DNA of 64,000 nt, taken from the human T2T-CHM13v2.0 reference genome, Homo sapiens. Position numbers and translations under genes: made by a program. Below, piece by piece: positions 12,495 through 25,499 of this stretch (positions are counted from its first letter, which is position 1; each line of letters begins with the position of its first letter). The notes beneath the pieces are model-generated. The model made no database searches. It was not told the origin of the DNA and saw only the letters and a list, made by a program, of their open reading frames with translations. The stretch lies in the NCBI RefSeq assembly GCF_009914755.1, contig NC_060926.1; one strand, 5' to 3'.

Positions 12495-12617
12495 TGATTT
12501 TTTTTTCATCTCCAAAGTTTTTGAGCTCTATCTTCCAACTCAAACATTGGGCCAAATGTTTGAACTTACATGTAGAGAACACATTTGAGAATATTATCCC
12601 ATGATTGTACCCTAGAC

Positions 12618-12832
12618 CACTAGGGGGTCAGCAAACTATGGCCCAAATCAAGCCACCTGTATTTGTTAATAGGGTTGTGTTGGAAGACAACCACACCCAC
12701 TCATTTAAATATCAGCTACGACCACTTTGGAGCTACATCAGCAGACTTGAGTAGTTTCAACAGAAAACATATGGCCTGCAAAACCCAAAATAACAAATAT
12801 CCTGCCCTTGAGGAAAAGTGTCCTGGCCTCTG
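12618..12832 (+). mobile_element. MER58A (hAT-Charlie MITE)
   Basis: ggggtcagcaaactatggccc...gcagacttgagtagtttcaacaga...; 8-bp TSD ccctagac/ccctagat at 12610-12617 and 12833-12840. Confidence 0.85.
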
Positions 12833-13496
12833 CCCTAGATTCTGCCTTAGATCCTGTTATTATAAATGAACTATTGTGCCTGTCTAAAGCCATGACCTCT
12901 ACTTGCACACTAGTTCTTATTCCCCCATCTACTCAAGAACATCATGTTGACTAGTTTCCCTTCATCAGTTTTTCACACTCTACTGGATTATTCCATCAGA
13001 TTACAAACATGCTGTTATTTCTCACATTTTAGAATACAAAACAAAACCTTCTTCTGCCCCTCTTATTCCACCAGTTACTGCCCACTTCTCAATACTTCTT
13101 TGCAGTGCAACATTTCAAAAGAGTTGCCAACTCTTATTCCACTTCTACTACTCTTTTTTGAACTTACTCTGACATTGCAACTGTTTTTGTTAACATCACT
13201 GATGACCTTCAGTTTGCCAGATCCAATGGTCAGTTCTTGGTCTTCATCTTACTTGACCTCTCTTCAACAGTTGACACAATCAATCCTCTTGCCCTCTTCT
13301 GCCTTTACTCCTTTTCCTCACCTGACTTCCAGAACACAGAATTTCCACGTCTCCCTCCCACCTCTCTTCTGCTCCTTCTCAGCCTTTTGTCTGATTCCTC
13401 CACTTCTCCCATAGTCTAACCTTTGGAGAGTTTGAGATGCAGTCCTTGGTCTCTGGTTCTCTCTTCACCCACTTCCTTGATTTTTTCCTTTACTTT

Positions 13497-13816
13497 TGTC
13501 GTAGTCAGTTCAGGCTGCTATAACAAATTAGCCTAGTCTGGGTGGTTTAAACAGCATTTATTCCTCAGGGTTCAAAAGTCTGGAAGCCCAAGATCAGGGT
13601 GCCAGCATGGTGAGAGCCTCTCTTTTGTTGTATCCTCTCATGATGTTTCCTTGGTGCAGGCACAGAGAGAGATACAGTAATTCCATTACGAAGGCCTTGC
13701 CCTGGTGACTCATCCAAAACTGATGACCTCTGAGAGGTCCAGTCTCCACATACCATCATATTGGAGATTAGAGATTCAACATATGAATTTGATGGGCACA
13801 CATTCAGTTCACAGCA
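13497..13816 (-). mobile_element. MLT1A/MST-like solo LTR
   Basis: tgtcgtagtcagttcaggctgctataacaaa...ccaagatcagggtgccagcatgg...ttcaacatatgaattt...cattcagttcacagca. Confidence 0.85.
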
Positions 13817-14379
13817 AGTCACATGGCTTTAAATACCACCTATATGCCGAAGATCCCTAGATTTTTACCTCTGCCCTAGTACTTTGTCTTTTTATAAGGC
13901 TTGTATCTCACTGCCTGCTCAACAGATACGCGTGACTGTGGATGAGACATCTTAACATTAACATAAGGAAAATGGAAACTTTAATAACTCCTCCTCATAT
14001 GCACAGTAGTTGAGGCACTTACACTGTTTAAGCCCCACACCTTAGTCATTCACGTCTCTTCTTTAACATCCCATGTCCAATCCATCAGGAAAGCACACCA
14101 GTTATATCATCTTGTCCATTGCTTTGCTACCTATGAGTCTCCAGGCATCTCTCACCTGGATATTACTACAATTGCTTCCTGTTTTCCCTGCTCCTACAGT
14201 GGCTTGCCAACTCCCCACCAAGCCCCCACTCACCACATCCTCAGTCTATTCATAACAGAGTGGTCAGCTACTCTTTTAAAAATAGGTCCGACTGTATCCC
14301 TCCTCTCCTTAGTTCTCTCCAATGGCTCCCCATTTCACTCATATTAAAAGCCAAAGTCCTTCAACAGGCTGGTAGGACT

Positions 14380-14427
14380 TTTTAAAATTTTTTTATTTTT
14401 TTATTTTATTATTATTATACTTTAAGT
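14380..14427 (-). mobile_element. Ultra-short L1PA 3' terminus insertion
   Basis: ttttattattattatactttaagtt is the reverse complement of the L1PA end AACTTAAAGTATAATAAT plus A-tail; TSD tggtaggact at 14370-14379 and 14428-14437. Confidence 0.85.
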
Positions 14428-15439
14428 TGGTAGGACTCTTATGTCACCTGGTTCAACATGACCTGGCCCTACCATTCTGATCTCCTCTCTGCTTTTCACC
14501 CCTCACTCTGCTCCAGCCACACTAACCTTCTTCAATGTATTGAACATGCTAGGCACCCTGATACTGCAGGATTTTGCACTGATTGTCTCCTATGTCTGAA
14601 ACTCTCTTCCTGCAGATATGCAAGTCTTTGCTTAAATATTGCTGCTCAATGAGGACTATTTACATTTTACTTTATTAAAATTGCCAGCTGACTTCTTCAG
14701 CATTTTTTTCCTCCATGAGTTATTTTCCCCATAGTGTTTGTCCCCTTCCATTATGCTAGATTCTTCAGTTAACTGTTATATCTGTTGCTGATAATTCACT
14801 TCCCTTTACTAGAATGTAAAATCCCCTGGGAAGGTGATGGTTGTCTCTTCTGTTCACTGATTTATCCCACATGCCATGAACAAAGCCTGGCTCCAGTAAA
14901 GGCACTCAACAAATATTTGTCCAATTAATAAATCATTAAGTATGAGCTACTGATCAGTTTAGACAGTGAGTAACATTCTCTACTCTTAAAAAGAAAACAC
15001 TGGCAGCCAGAGATAGACTTGGGAAACTGTCAGGAAGAGGCAGCCGCAGAACAGCCCAGGATGTTTCGGCTTCCGTGCTGCTGACCACCGGTCAGAGGTT
15101 CCCAGGGCACATGGCTAAGTGGAGCTCACTGCAGGAGAGGCCTGCATGTCCCAGATAAGGAGGCATCATGTGCGGTGGCTGTGGCTATGATGAGTGCAAG
15201 GACTATTTTTACATAACAGAGGAGAAGATAATCCTACAGACATGATGTCAAGGTCTGAAAAAAGTTGTACCATCTCAGGCAGGCTGGCAAGTGATGCTGT
15301 TTAACCCAGAGGCACCTCATTAGCAGACAATGTTTGGAAGCCTTACAAAGGAATGTATAGGTTGTTTCTAGCCAGGAAAGATTTCTTTGTGATCCCATGG
15401 TGTTCTATGGCCTATGAGTGGCTTGAGGAGCTCTCCTGG

Positions 15440-15625
15440 GGTTGGATAAGCACAGATTGGGGGTCAGAAGAGGATTTGAGGCTGTGTCTCTGTAACTTGA
15501 AAGTCTTCTACATTGGGCAAGTTTCATAACCTCTAAACACTTCGATATCCTTTTCTGTACAGTGGTGATAAAAGTGTCTACTTTTTAAGACTGAACTTAG
15601 GATAGAATAAAACCACAAATGTGAG
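15440..15625 (+). mobile_element. MIR
   Basis: ttgggcaagtttcataacctct...ccttttctgtacagtggtgataaaagtgtctac. Confidence 0.65.
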
Positions 15626-15979
15626 TGATTTTATCAGTTATAAAGAGAGTATAGGGCAATTCCTATGATTATACACAAAGACAAAGAATGAGTGACTATC
15701 TAATGCAAATCTGTGAGATATCACTTAATAAACCCCAAACAATCAACAATGATTTGCTGACTACTTATGTTAAACCCAACATGTGTTCAGCACTTCAAGG
15801 GTTAGAGAGTGTGGGGCAGGGCCATTATGCGTGAGGAGTGACCAGCCTTGTTATTCACTCATACAGTCATGGAGCAAGGCAAGACAGCATTTCCACAATT
15901 CTGATGTGTAGTTGACTGTGTCTCCTGATCTTATTTAATTCAACTGATATTCTATTGATTTATTACTATGATCCAGGCC

Positions 15980-16130
15980 TTTAAGATAAGTTATATCAAC
16001 TGAGGAAATATTTATGGATCTAGTTTGCAGATGAGGAATTGTAGTGTCTGATTGGTAAAGTGGGTATCACAATATTGCACGTGGCAGAACCAAGCTCTGG
16101 ATTTTTCTGATTTCAAGTCCTGTGATTTCT
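15980..16130 (-). mobile_element. MIR fragment
   Basis: agtttgcagatgaggaattg...gtggcagaacc...tctgatttcaagtcctgtg. Confidence 0.6.
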
Positions 16131-16208
16131 CCTTGGTCCATCTATGTCACATATGAAAGCCATCTTTCTTTACCCATAGGAGTATGGAAACTTAAAAGAG
16201 GACACACT

Positions 16209-16543
<335 letters not shown>

Positions 16544-16556
16544 TCAACACACATTT

Positions 16557-16740
16557 GTTTCTATGAAGTTAATGTTTGTGTCCCTACGAAATTCCTGTGT
16601 CGAAGTCCTAAACCCCAATGTGACGGAATTTGAAGGTGAGGACTTTGGGAGATGATTAGGTCCTAAGGGCGGAGCCCTCATGAGTGGGGTTAGCTCCATC
16701 TTATGAAGGACCCCAAGAGATCTCTCCCCCTCTTTTCTTT
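16557..16740 (+). mobile_element. MLT1A-type LTR, 5' half
   Basis: aatgtttgtgtccc...gaagtcctaaaccccaatgtga...ctttgggagatgattagg...ggagccctcatgagtgggg. Confidence 0.8.
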
Positions 16741-16939
16741 CCCTCTTTCAAATGTTTTTTGACTGACAGTACAAACAAAAGAATGAAGGGATGAAGATGC
16801 TGAATTCAAAGTACTCTAAGCTCTTTCAGCACTTTGATCTTAAATTTATGTGAAGTTTGCACTGTAGCTTAATCATTTGTATAGACTGTTTCTGCTTTTA
16901 TCTTTCTTATTTTTAGTCATTTACCGAATTTATTTTTCT

Positions 16940-17492
16940 ATTTTAAGAAAAATTTTAATTGACACATAATAATAGTATACATATGTGGGGTACAACAGAA
17001 TGTTTCGATACATGGATACATTGTGCAATGATAGGATCACAGTAATTAGCATATCTAATCACCTCAAATATTTATCAGTTCTTTGTGGTGAAAACAATCA
17101 AATTGCTCTCTTCTAACTTCTTTTTTGAAATATACATACATTAGTGTTACTATAGTGGGCCTGCTGTGCACTGGAACACCGGAATTTATTTCACCCATCG
17201 AACTGAAACACTGTACCAGTCGTCTAACCTCTCCCCAACCCCTTCACCATTGTGCCCTCTAGCCCCTAGTAACATCTATTTTACTCTACTTCTATGAGCT
17301 CAACTTTTTGAAGTTCCACATAGGACTGAGATCATGTCATGTTTGTTGTATTTCCATGCCTGGCTTGTTTCACTTAACACAGTGCCCTTCAGGTTAGTCC
17401 ATTCTGTCACACATGGTAGAATTTTATTCTTTTTTATGGCTGAATAGTATTTCATCACGTACATATACCACATTTTTTTTATCCATTTGTGC
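16940..17492 (-). mobile_element. L1MA (L1MA8/9-like) 3' end
   Basis: ttttaattgacacataat...ggggtaca...gtaattagcatatc...ctacttctatgagctcaacttttt...ttccacata...gagatcatg...ggctgaatagtatttc. Confidence 0.85.
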
Positions 17493-18100
<608 letters not shown>

Positions 18101-18369
18101 TATTTTATAAAAAATAAACTATTTTATACTGTAAGTTATTATGAGCCAATGCTTGCCCTTCAGTTGCACCCTAGGCCGAAACTATCTTTGCAGCCACCCT
18201 GCAATATAGGTTGTCTCATCGTGGCTTGAGGAAGGATGTGGAACTTCTCACAACATCACAAAGCACGTGTTGCACCATTGGACATTTACAATTTTTAAGT
18301 GGTTTTGCTTTTTACTGAACTCAAATATGTTTTCCATTTAACACCCACTGGAACTAGTTTTTCTTTCTG

Positions 18370-18860
18370 TGAACAGAAATTGCCAATTGTTCATCAAAAT
18401 CTTAATTGTCTTCTTTTTGGACCACAGCTGGGTTCCATTTCTCTATCTCCTCTGCAGTTGGGTGTGGCCATGTGGACATGCACCTGAATTATAGCTGAGG
18501 AAATACCGGCAAATTGATGCCCCTATAAGGCCTGGCCCATAAAATCCTCGGGCATGAGTGCCCTCATACTTATTTCTCTGTCAGCTGAATCCAGACGATG
18601 ATGCAGCCCTAGCAGCAGAACCACAGAAAAACTTGGAAGGAGTTCTGGATCCCAGAATTACCAAGGGAAGGAGGGAAATCTCATGCACTTATTTACTTTC
18701 CCAAGACTGTCAACATGAGCTAGAAACAACTTTTGATTTTGTTAAGCCAATACCTGTTAAAGTGTAATTCTATAGCTGTGTTGAGTGTCTTTGAGTTTAA
18801 TTTTATAGCAGCAAAATTTGTGTTTGAGCTTAATTTTATAGCAGCAAGTCTAATATAACT
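18370..18860 (+). mobile_element. MLT1J-like LTR
   Basis: ctgcagttgggtgtggccatgtg, aggcctggcccataaaatcctc, catgagctagaaacaacttttgattttgttaagcca. Confidence 0.7.
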
Positions 18861-20946
18861 ATGGCACTCTGGAACAGAACAATATATCTGCCAGATATCC
18901 ATGGCTTTCCATACCTCTGATATCATTGATTGTATTTGCAGACCTATCTTAATATCAAAATTGATTTCTATAAACCCATATATTTCCAAAAGACAAAATG
19001 AAGGAAAATACAAGCACATGTAAGATCTATTTCTGAAACTTTATTTCCAATTTAGAGTGTGTGAACTGGCACATGGTAGGTAGTATAGCAAGTGGTCAAC
19101 AAATGTTTGTCCAGTGAATGAATGGTTGCACTGTGATGAGCTTCATATGCCAAATGGGTAGATAGTGGCATTTGGGGGCAAGTTTCTTACCTGCAAGCAT
19201 TTCTGGGTCAATGTCTGTGGATGGCTGCAGGTACCACAGAGACTTTGAACACTGCACCATACCAAAGGAACATGTTACCTTATGTCTGGTTCGGCAAAGA
19301 TAGGAGGATGGTAGCCAAAAATGGTTTTCCCCACCTGTTTTATTTTCATGGGGATTTGATTTACAAAATTTGAATTACTTATTTTTAGAAAACGATTTTA
19401 GAGGTAAAACTGCCAAATTGCTACTGGACCTGGAGTCCTAGGATAGCCCATCTGTTCTGCCTGTAACATTGGGTGTTGCCATCCTTCTGAAGAGACGGCT
19501 TGTGCAAACTTGGGAACCAAGGCAAAAATCGCACTTATGTTTTCAAAATTTATCAAAAGCACTTCTATGTGTCAGACACAGGGCTGTGCCCTCTACACAC
19601 ACACATCAAGCAAATAAGCTGAAGTGGAGCTGACCATAGGGGAAGGAGTGCATATCATATCCCTTCAGGAGTTCAGGCGAAGCTGACAGTCATGAGTCTG
19701 GGTGCTTATGAATGTTCTCTTTCTCTTTTATGAATTGTTTCTGGGCATCCATGTTCCAGATTAAGTTGAGACCATACCATGGAGGCATACAAAGATGACA
19801 ATTCTTAATTATTACTTATATTTGACCCCTTTCCAAAAAAACCTGAGGTAGCTTACACAGATATGAAAAATAGACTTAGATAAAAATAAAACACCATTAA
19901 AAGCACATAATTATCAACACAGTAAAACTTGCAAAATTAGAAGAATAATGGTAATATCTAGTGGCATACTCTAATGTCCTGCAGTCATTTATGTTGAGCT
20001 GCAGTGTGGACTCTGAATGTCCCAGCAGCCAGTGTAGACAGAAGTGTGATCAGTTACCTAATTCGATCATGCATGATGGATATATATTAGTTGCTCAGGA
20101 AAAATGTGTATTCTTAGACTTGGGACATGGAGAAATTGTTACTACGGGGTTCCGTAGACACAATTTGCTGTGTTGTTCTGAACCAAGTTCTTAATAACAT
20201 TCTGATAATAAGTGTAACAGAGAGACTATAAAACCTCTTGGTGTCTGCCATGCTTATAATGCCAAAGTGTCCCTCATGGGATTGATGAGGAATGATTGTC
20301 CAGGAACGCAGCTTTCTATGGCCAGATGCAACAAGAGTTTTCATGGAATAGACATTCTATCTGACATCAAATCTTGTTTATTTATTTTTCATAAATGAGC
20401 TGTCACTAAGTCTTAGAGAACAGAACTGGTGACATGCCAGTCCCTGATTTAAAGACTCTCAGGGCATAATAGCTGTTTGCGACATGTTTCTCACTTTTCC
20501 TTCCTTCCCATGCTTGAGTCCCCAGTTTCTAGAGATTTCTTTCTTTTTTCCCCCTCACCAATGCCCACTCTTGAAAAAGCACCGATTAGTGAGAGCCAAT
20601 CTCTGGATTCTTTGCTCCACCTTAGGAGGGCAGTCATTGTTTTTGATATCATTTAAAGACTTCTGCTTCAGGGTGTCCCTAATATAAGCTCTGATACCCT
20701 CACATTATAAAGGCAGTTGAACTCTTGCGAGACTGGAAAAAATTCATCCATCAACTAGAATACAAGGCAGAGAAGCTGAGAATGATGAATTGTAATTGGT
20801 AAACGCTTTGCCACCTGAAAAAGATCAGCACAGCCACCCTGGGACAGAGGTGGGGCACTGGTGTGCTTCTCCCCATGCACTGTATTACCAGGGTCTAGGC
20901 ACCCAATGGCTGCATATGAGAATGCTACCCAGCCATTCTGACCTTC

Positions 20947-21260
20947 TTTTTTTTTTTTTTTTTTTTTTTTTTTGAGACGGAGTCTCGCTCTGTCGCACAG
21001 GCTGAAGTGGTGCAGTAGCCGCGATCTTGGCTCACTGCAAGCTCCGCCTCCCGGGTTCACGCCATTCTCCTGCCTCAGCCTCACGAGTAGCTGGGAGTAC
21101 AGGCGCCCGCCACCACGCCCGGCTAATTTTTTTTGTATTTTTAGTAGAAACGGGGTTTCACCCTGTTAGCCAGGATGGTCTTGATCTCCTGACCTCGTGA
21201 TCCGCCTGCCTCGGCCTCCCAAAGTGCTGGGATTACAGGCGTGAGCTACCACGCCCAGCC
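20947..21260 (-). mobile_element. Full-length AluY
   Basis: T27 tail; ctgcaagctccgcctcccgggttcacgccattctcc and ttagccaggatggtc are AluY diagnostics; CpG-rich. Confidence 0.98.
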
Positions 21261-21569
21261 GATACAGCCCATTTTTAAAAGGTGATCTTTTTTTGTAGCA
21301 TTACTACTCTCCACCCTCCTCATCAGAAGCTTCCATTCACTATGTGGTAAGAGATATTAAACAAAACAAAAGACAAATGATAGAAGAGGATTGGCTATAG
21401 AATGTTGCCTTTAGAGAAGTGTCAGTATCAGAAGCAAAGCACTGTAGGTGAGGCTGAGGACAGAAAATAAGCCCAGAAGGACTGACCTGAGCAGAAGCTT
21501 CAATCTGTACCCATGTGGCCAGACAATAATTTAGGACCTGGAGAAAACTTCCTTAACATGAAAAAGAAT

Positions 21570-21700
21570 ATCTGTGTTCAATTCAGCAGCTGACTGCAAA
21601 CATACTTCATGGTGAAATGCTATGGATGTTCCTTCCAAAATAAGGAAAAAATAAAAATTACAATTATTACTTAACTTTTTTTTGCAGATGTTGTGTATTT
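21570..21700 (+). mobile_element. Old L1M(E) ORF2 fragment
   Basis: atggtgaaatgcta...; tttgcagatg resembles the RT FADD coding motif. Confidence 0.45.
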
Positions 21701-22420
21701 GCAAATGTTTAATCAGTCTGGCTAATTAAAGTGCCAGATATTCTGTTAAGCATTGGGAACAAAATGATGTGAAAAACATATACGGTTCCTAGCCTCATGG
21801 AGTTTCCAGTTTGTAAGGGGGATAGATAGCCATTAAGTAATCATATGTAGCATGTGAAACAGAATTAATGATAAAGCTGCAGAGAGCTCCATGGGTACTT
21901 TGAGCATATGTAACTGAAGGAGTTGATCTAGAAGGAAGGCTTCCCAGAGAAAGTGAGTCTAAAACTCAAGTGGAAAGATGTTAAGAGTTTACTAGGTGAA
22001 GAGGGGTACTTAGAACAGTTCTAGAAATGACACGTTAGAGGGGGCTTGGACAGGTGGGTGTTTGCAGTGGTAGCAGAGGCTGGTAAAGTAGATAAGAACC
22101 AGCTATGTTGTGCACTAGAGGCCATAGTAGGGAGCTTCATCATTATCTTGAAAGAAACAGAAAGACATTGACATTTGATGCATTCAGGTGGCATGATCAT
22201 TTCATGTTGAAGATTGTCCAGGTGACAGTACTGAGAATAAACTAGGAGGCTGTCAGTGGGAAAGAGGGTAGACTTGGCAGGAAGCTCTGGCCTCAGTGAA
22301 GGTGAGAGCTGACGTGAACTTGGACAAGAGTGGCATTGGTGGGGAAGAGAAGTGGACAGGTTCAGCCAGCACAGTAGTACATGGAACAGAATTGAGAGGA
22401 AGGATATTGGAAGGAGGAGC
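21700..22420 (-). mobile_element. L2 (L2a/b) 3' region
   Basis: gtgccagatattctgttaagcattggga, cctcatggagtttccagt, ggaaggcttcccagagaaagtga, aggccatagtagggagctt, actaggaggctg. Confidence 0.8.
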
Positions 22421-22429
22421 ACAGTGCTC

Positions 22430-23130
22430 TCATTTACTGGAAATACAATTATCTACCTAGAAAACTAAAGATGATTAGGGAAAATTCTTTTCAATTATTA
22501 AGAATTCAACAAAAAGCCAAATTATAGAATATTATATATGGATATCCTATATTTCAGCAAAAAGAAGATGCTATAATAAAGAAGTTAGTGTATTCATAAT
22601 AGCAAAAGAATATAAAATACCCAACAATAACATAAATAAGAAATGCATGAGAACAAAAAAAGAAATAATTTACTTATAAATATAAAGGAGGACCCACACG
22701 AGTGAGTAAAAATAGATATCCTTCAAAGAGAAGAATACATATTGTAAAGGTATCAATTCCTTCCAAATCTATTTATAGATTGAATACAATACTGATGTCA
22801 GAAATTCCATAAAGATTTCAAAAATCATGACAAAATAATTTGACAATTCATCTGGAACATAAACAGATAAATAATTTAAATTTTTGTTACAGTTTACTTT
22901 AAATGGTTGCTTTTTTAATAGAAAGGAAGGGAAGGAATTTCCCTACCAGATATCAAACACTATAAAGCTACAGTTATTAAAAAAATTAAATATGTGATTC
23001 TGGTGCAAAGCTCACCTAACATTTTAATAAAAAGAGGAGATATTGCCTTGAAGCAGATGGCAGCATACAATAAAAGTTTCATTACAACCCCATAGGGAAG
23101 GAATGGCTATGCAACAAATAGGGCTGGGTT
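22430..23130 (+). mobile_element. Old L1M(E) ORF2 fragment
   Basis: attatctacctagaaaac, tattcataatagcaaaagaatataaaatacc, tattgtaaaggtatcaattccttccaaatctatttatagattgaatacaat, ccctaccagatatcaaacactataaagcta. Confidence 0.8.
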
Positions 23131-23834
23131 TAACAATGCAGTTGTAGGAAAGATTCCCATAGGAAGGTCTTTCTTGTTTTCAGCCACAATGGTTGATCAA
23201 AATTATCATGGTAAAAACAAAAACAAAAAACTTGTAAATTTTTTGAGCTTTGAATTTTGCACTAGAGACTAACTCACAGAGCTTTTTCAGGAATTGATAT
23301 CCATAATAAAGTTAAAGTCTTACTCCAACACTTTTCTTTGTAAATAGAAGGTAAAGAAGCACCGTAATACAAAGACTTTGTAATGTTCCTTCTCAGCTGT
23401 AGGTACTACCCGATTTGGTGACAAAGTGTGATGAGTCTATAAATTGAATATGTATTTTATCTCCTCCAGGTCCCAAAATATTTTTGTCCAGTATGTTCTT
23501 AATAGCTTTGTATTCTTTAGATTTTTTTTAAGTGGTCCCTCAAACAACTGATTCAGAAGTATGCTGGCATACATGCATATTTGGTGATCTTTAGTGTATT
23601 TAAATGCTACTTGATGGGAAGAAATACTAGCAGGTTTTTTCTCTTCTCTCTGCCTGCAGTTACAGATTCACTTCCATACAACACTCAGAATGATATGGCT
23701 AAAGAGAAACATCTAAAGTTTATGCATATTTCAAAATGTTTCTAATTTCATTTCAATTTCCTATGAGACCCACAGTTTCTACATTTATTTAACGAAGCCA
23801 TTAAATATCCCATTGGCTTTGGGGAAATGAAGAT

Positions 23835-23950
23835 TCAGAGCAACAGCATTTTCTGAGTATGTGTGATTCAGGCACTATGGGGTGTGTAGTGGAGAGTTAG
23901 AGATGAAGCAGGCCTTGTGCCTGTCTCTTGAGACCTCATAGTCAAGGTCT
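23835..23950 (-). mobile_element. L2 3' end fragment
   Basis: caacagcattttctgagtatgtgtgattcaggcactatgg. Confidence 0.5.
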
Positions 23951-25164
23951 ATGTGAGCCCCCACACTCTTGCCCAGTCCCCTTTGACCAATGTGATCAGT
24001 GGTCACCTTTGCTCATGGGGTTGCCTATTATATCTGGGTTAAAACCCTTTTTCTGTGAAAAATGACATGATCTTGTGGGGATCCAATCTCAACTTCAGTC
24101 TTGGTCTCTGGCACACTGTTCTCAATCATAACCCATAGAAACAATTCTTTTAGTTTAAAGTTGGGTAGTTATAAACTTGCTTTTGAGGGGGCAGAGAGAG
24201 GGAAGGAAGTTGGAAACATTGATTACAAGGCAGAATTAAATACTAACACTAATTTCTCATTTCAATTTAAGCAAAAAGGGGGCCTTTCTGAGAGTTCTTA
24301 TGCTTTTGAAACATTAAAGATTGGGAAGGTGCACCCTATGGATAATAGTGACGAGCTTCATACATCTGAGGCCATCCTCTTGACTCTCCTTGCTCAGGAA
24401 AATTTCCTATTTGGGAGAATGAAGAGCACAAACCAGATAGTATATTCAACTATGGAAAAATAATGACAAATTTCATTCAGCAACTACATGGAAGAGAAAG
24501 TTTGATTTCCAAATTGTAGTCATTTTATTGCAGTACCTGATCATAAGAGAGTAAAACCTTCAATTGAAGTTACAAAGAATAGGGCAATGATACATGTCAG
24601 CCTTTCATGTCTTCCAATAAAGTCTCAGTCACTCCCCACAATTAATTACCCTTCTTAGTGAAGATCTGGATAGTTCATTGCTTAGTACTAATCCCTGTGA
24701 ACAGGCTCTCTCTTTCCATTGATTTATCTAGATTTGCACTAGTATTTACTATTTAGGCATCATTCACTTTGTAGAACCCCTGCAATTCATAGATCTCTGA
24801 TTGCTTCCCATGCACTATGCTATGGGTTTTGGCATGCATTATCTTACTCAATTCTCACATGTTGTAGGTAGATTATAATTTTCAACTCACATAGTTAAGA
24901 ATAAATAACCAATAGAGGCTTTGAACAGAAAGTAAGTGGCTTTGTTGCCTGGATTCATCCATTTATAATGAAGTAATTAATATATGGCAATTAAAAAAAA
25001 TCCCAGCTGCTTCTCCGAATAGACAGAGAAACCAATATCACAGAACAAATGATGCATATTATGTGAGGAATCATTTGTGTGCCTTCCTAAGTTATGGAAC
25101 TGTTAGGTCAGTAGGTACCCACTGGGTTAGAGGAAGGTTCAACAGAACCTTTTGGGCTTACTGA

Positions 25165-25445
25165 ACATATTCATGTGCAGGATTGGTGCTGGTATGGGGA
25201 ATTCAGACACTAATAATCTGCCCTTTCTCCATGAGGCTCTCAGTGTGGTGGGTGCAGTGGTAAGTGAGGGTGTGATGCATTGATATTGAATACTGGAACA
25301 AAGCTGTGTGCATCCAGTGATGACCACTGGAGCTGCCCACCCAGGCAGAGGCACAGGACCTCTAAGCTGAGAAAAGCCTTCAAGGGTGGGTGGGCCCATG
25401 CAGGCATCTTGCAGGAGATGAGATTTGCCCTGGCTCTGAAGCCTG
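25165..25445 (-). mobile_element. L2 fragment
   Basis: ctgccctttctccatgaggctctcagtg...gcaggagatgagatttgccctggctctgaag. Confidence 0.5.
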
Positions 25446-25499
25446 ATTTAACCACAGTAGGTCATCCTTACTCAAACTGGCTCTGGCAGGAAAGCAGTC

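Larger units (their letters stand above)
12860..14935 (+). mobile_element. L2a, ~2 kb 3' region interrupted by an MLT1A-type LTR and a tiny L1
   Basis: atccaatggtcagttcttggtcttcatcttacttgacctctc, catggctttaaataccacctatatgc, aaaagccaaagtcctt; terminal ggcactcaacaaatatttgt. Confidence 0.85.

Noticed and set aside
12617-12632. CTCF-like CCACTAGGGGGTCA at the MER58A left junction
   Set aside because: Has T at the nearly invariant C of the GGC core and is largely explained by the transposon end.
12944-13414. 156-aa Leu/Ser/Phe-rich ORF resembling a membrane protein
   Set aside because: Lies in pyrimidine-rich L2a sequence; the hydrophobicity is compositional.
23635-23720. Strong-looking splice acceptor tttttctcttctctctgcctgcag at 23659
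   Set aside because: No good matching donor nearby; isolated acceptors are common in introns.
24101-24463. 120-aa ORF in unique sequence as a possible exon or processed pseudogene
   Set aside because: Non-ATG start, no recognisable homology, and no poly-A/TSD or convincing splice pair. A BLASTX search would be needed to exclude it fully.
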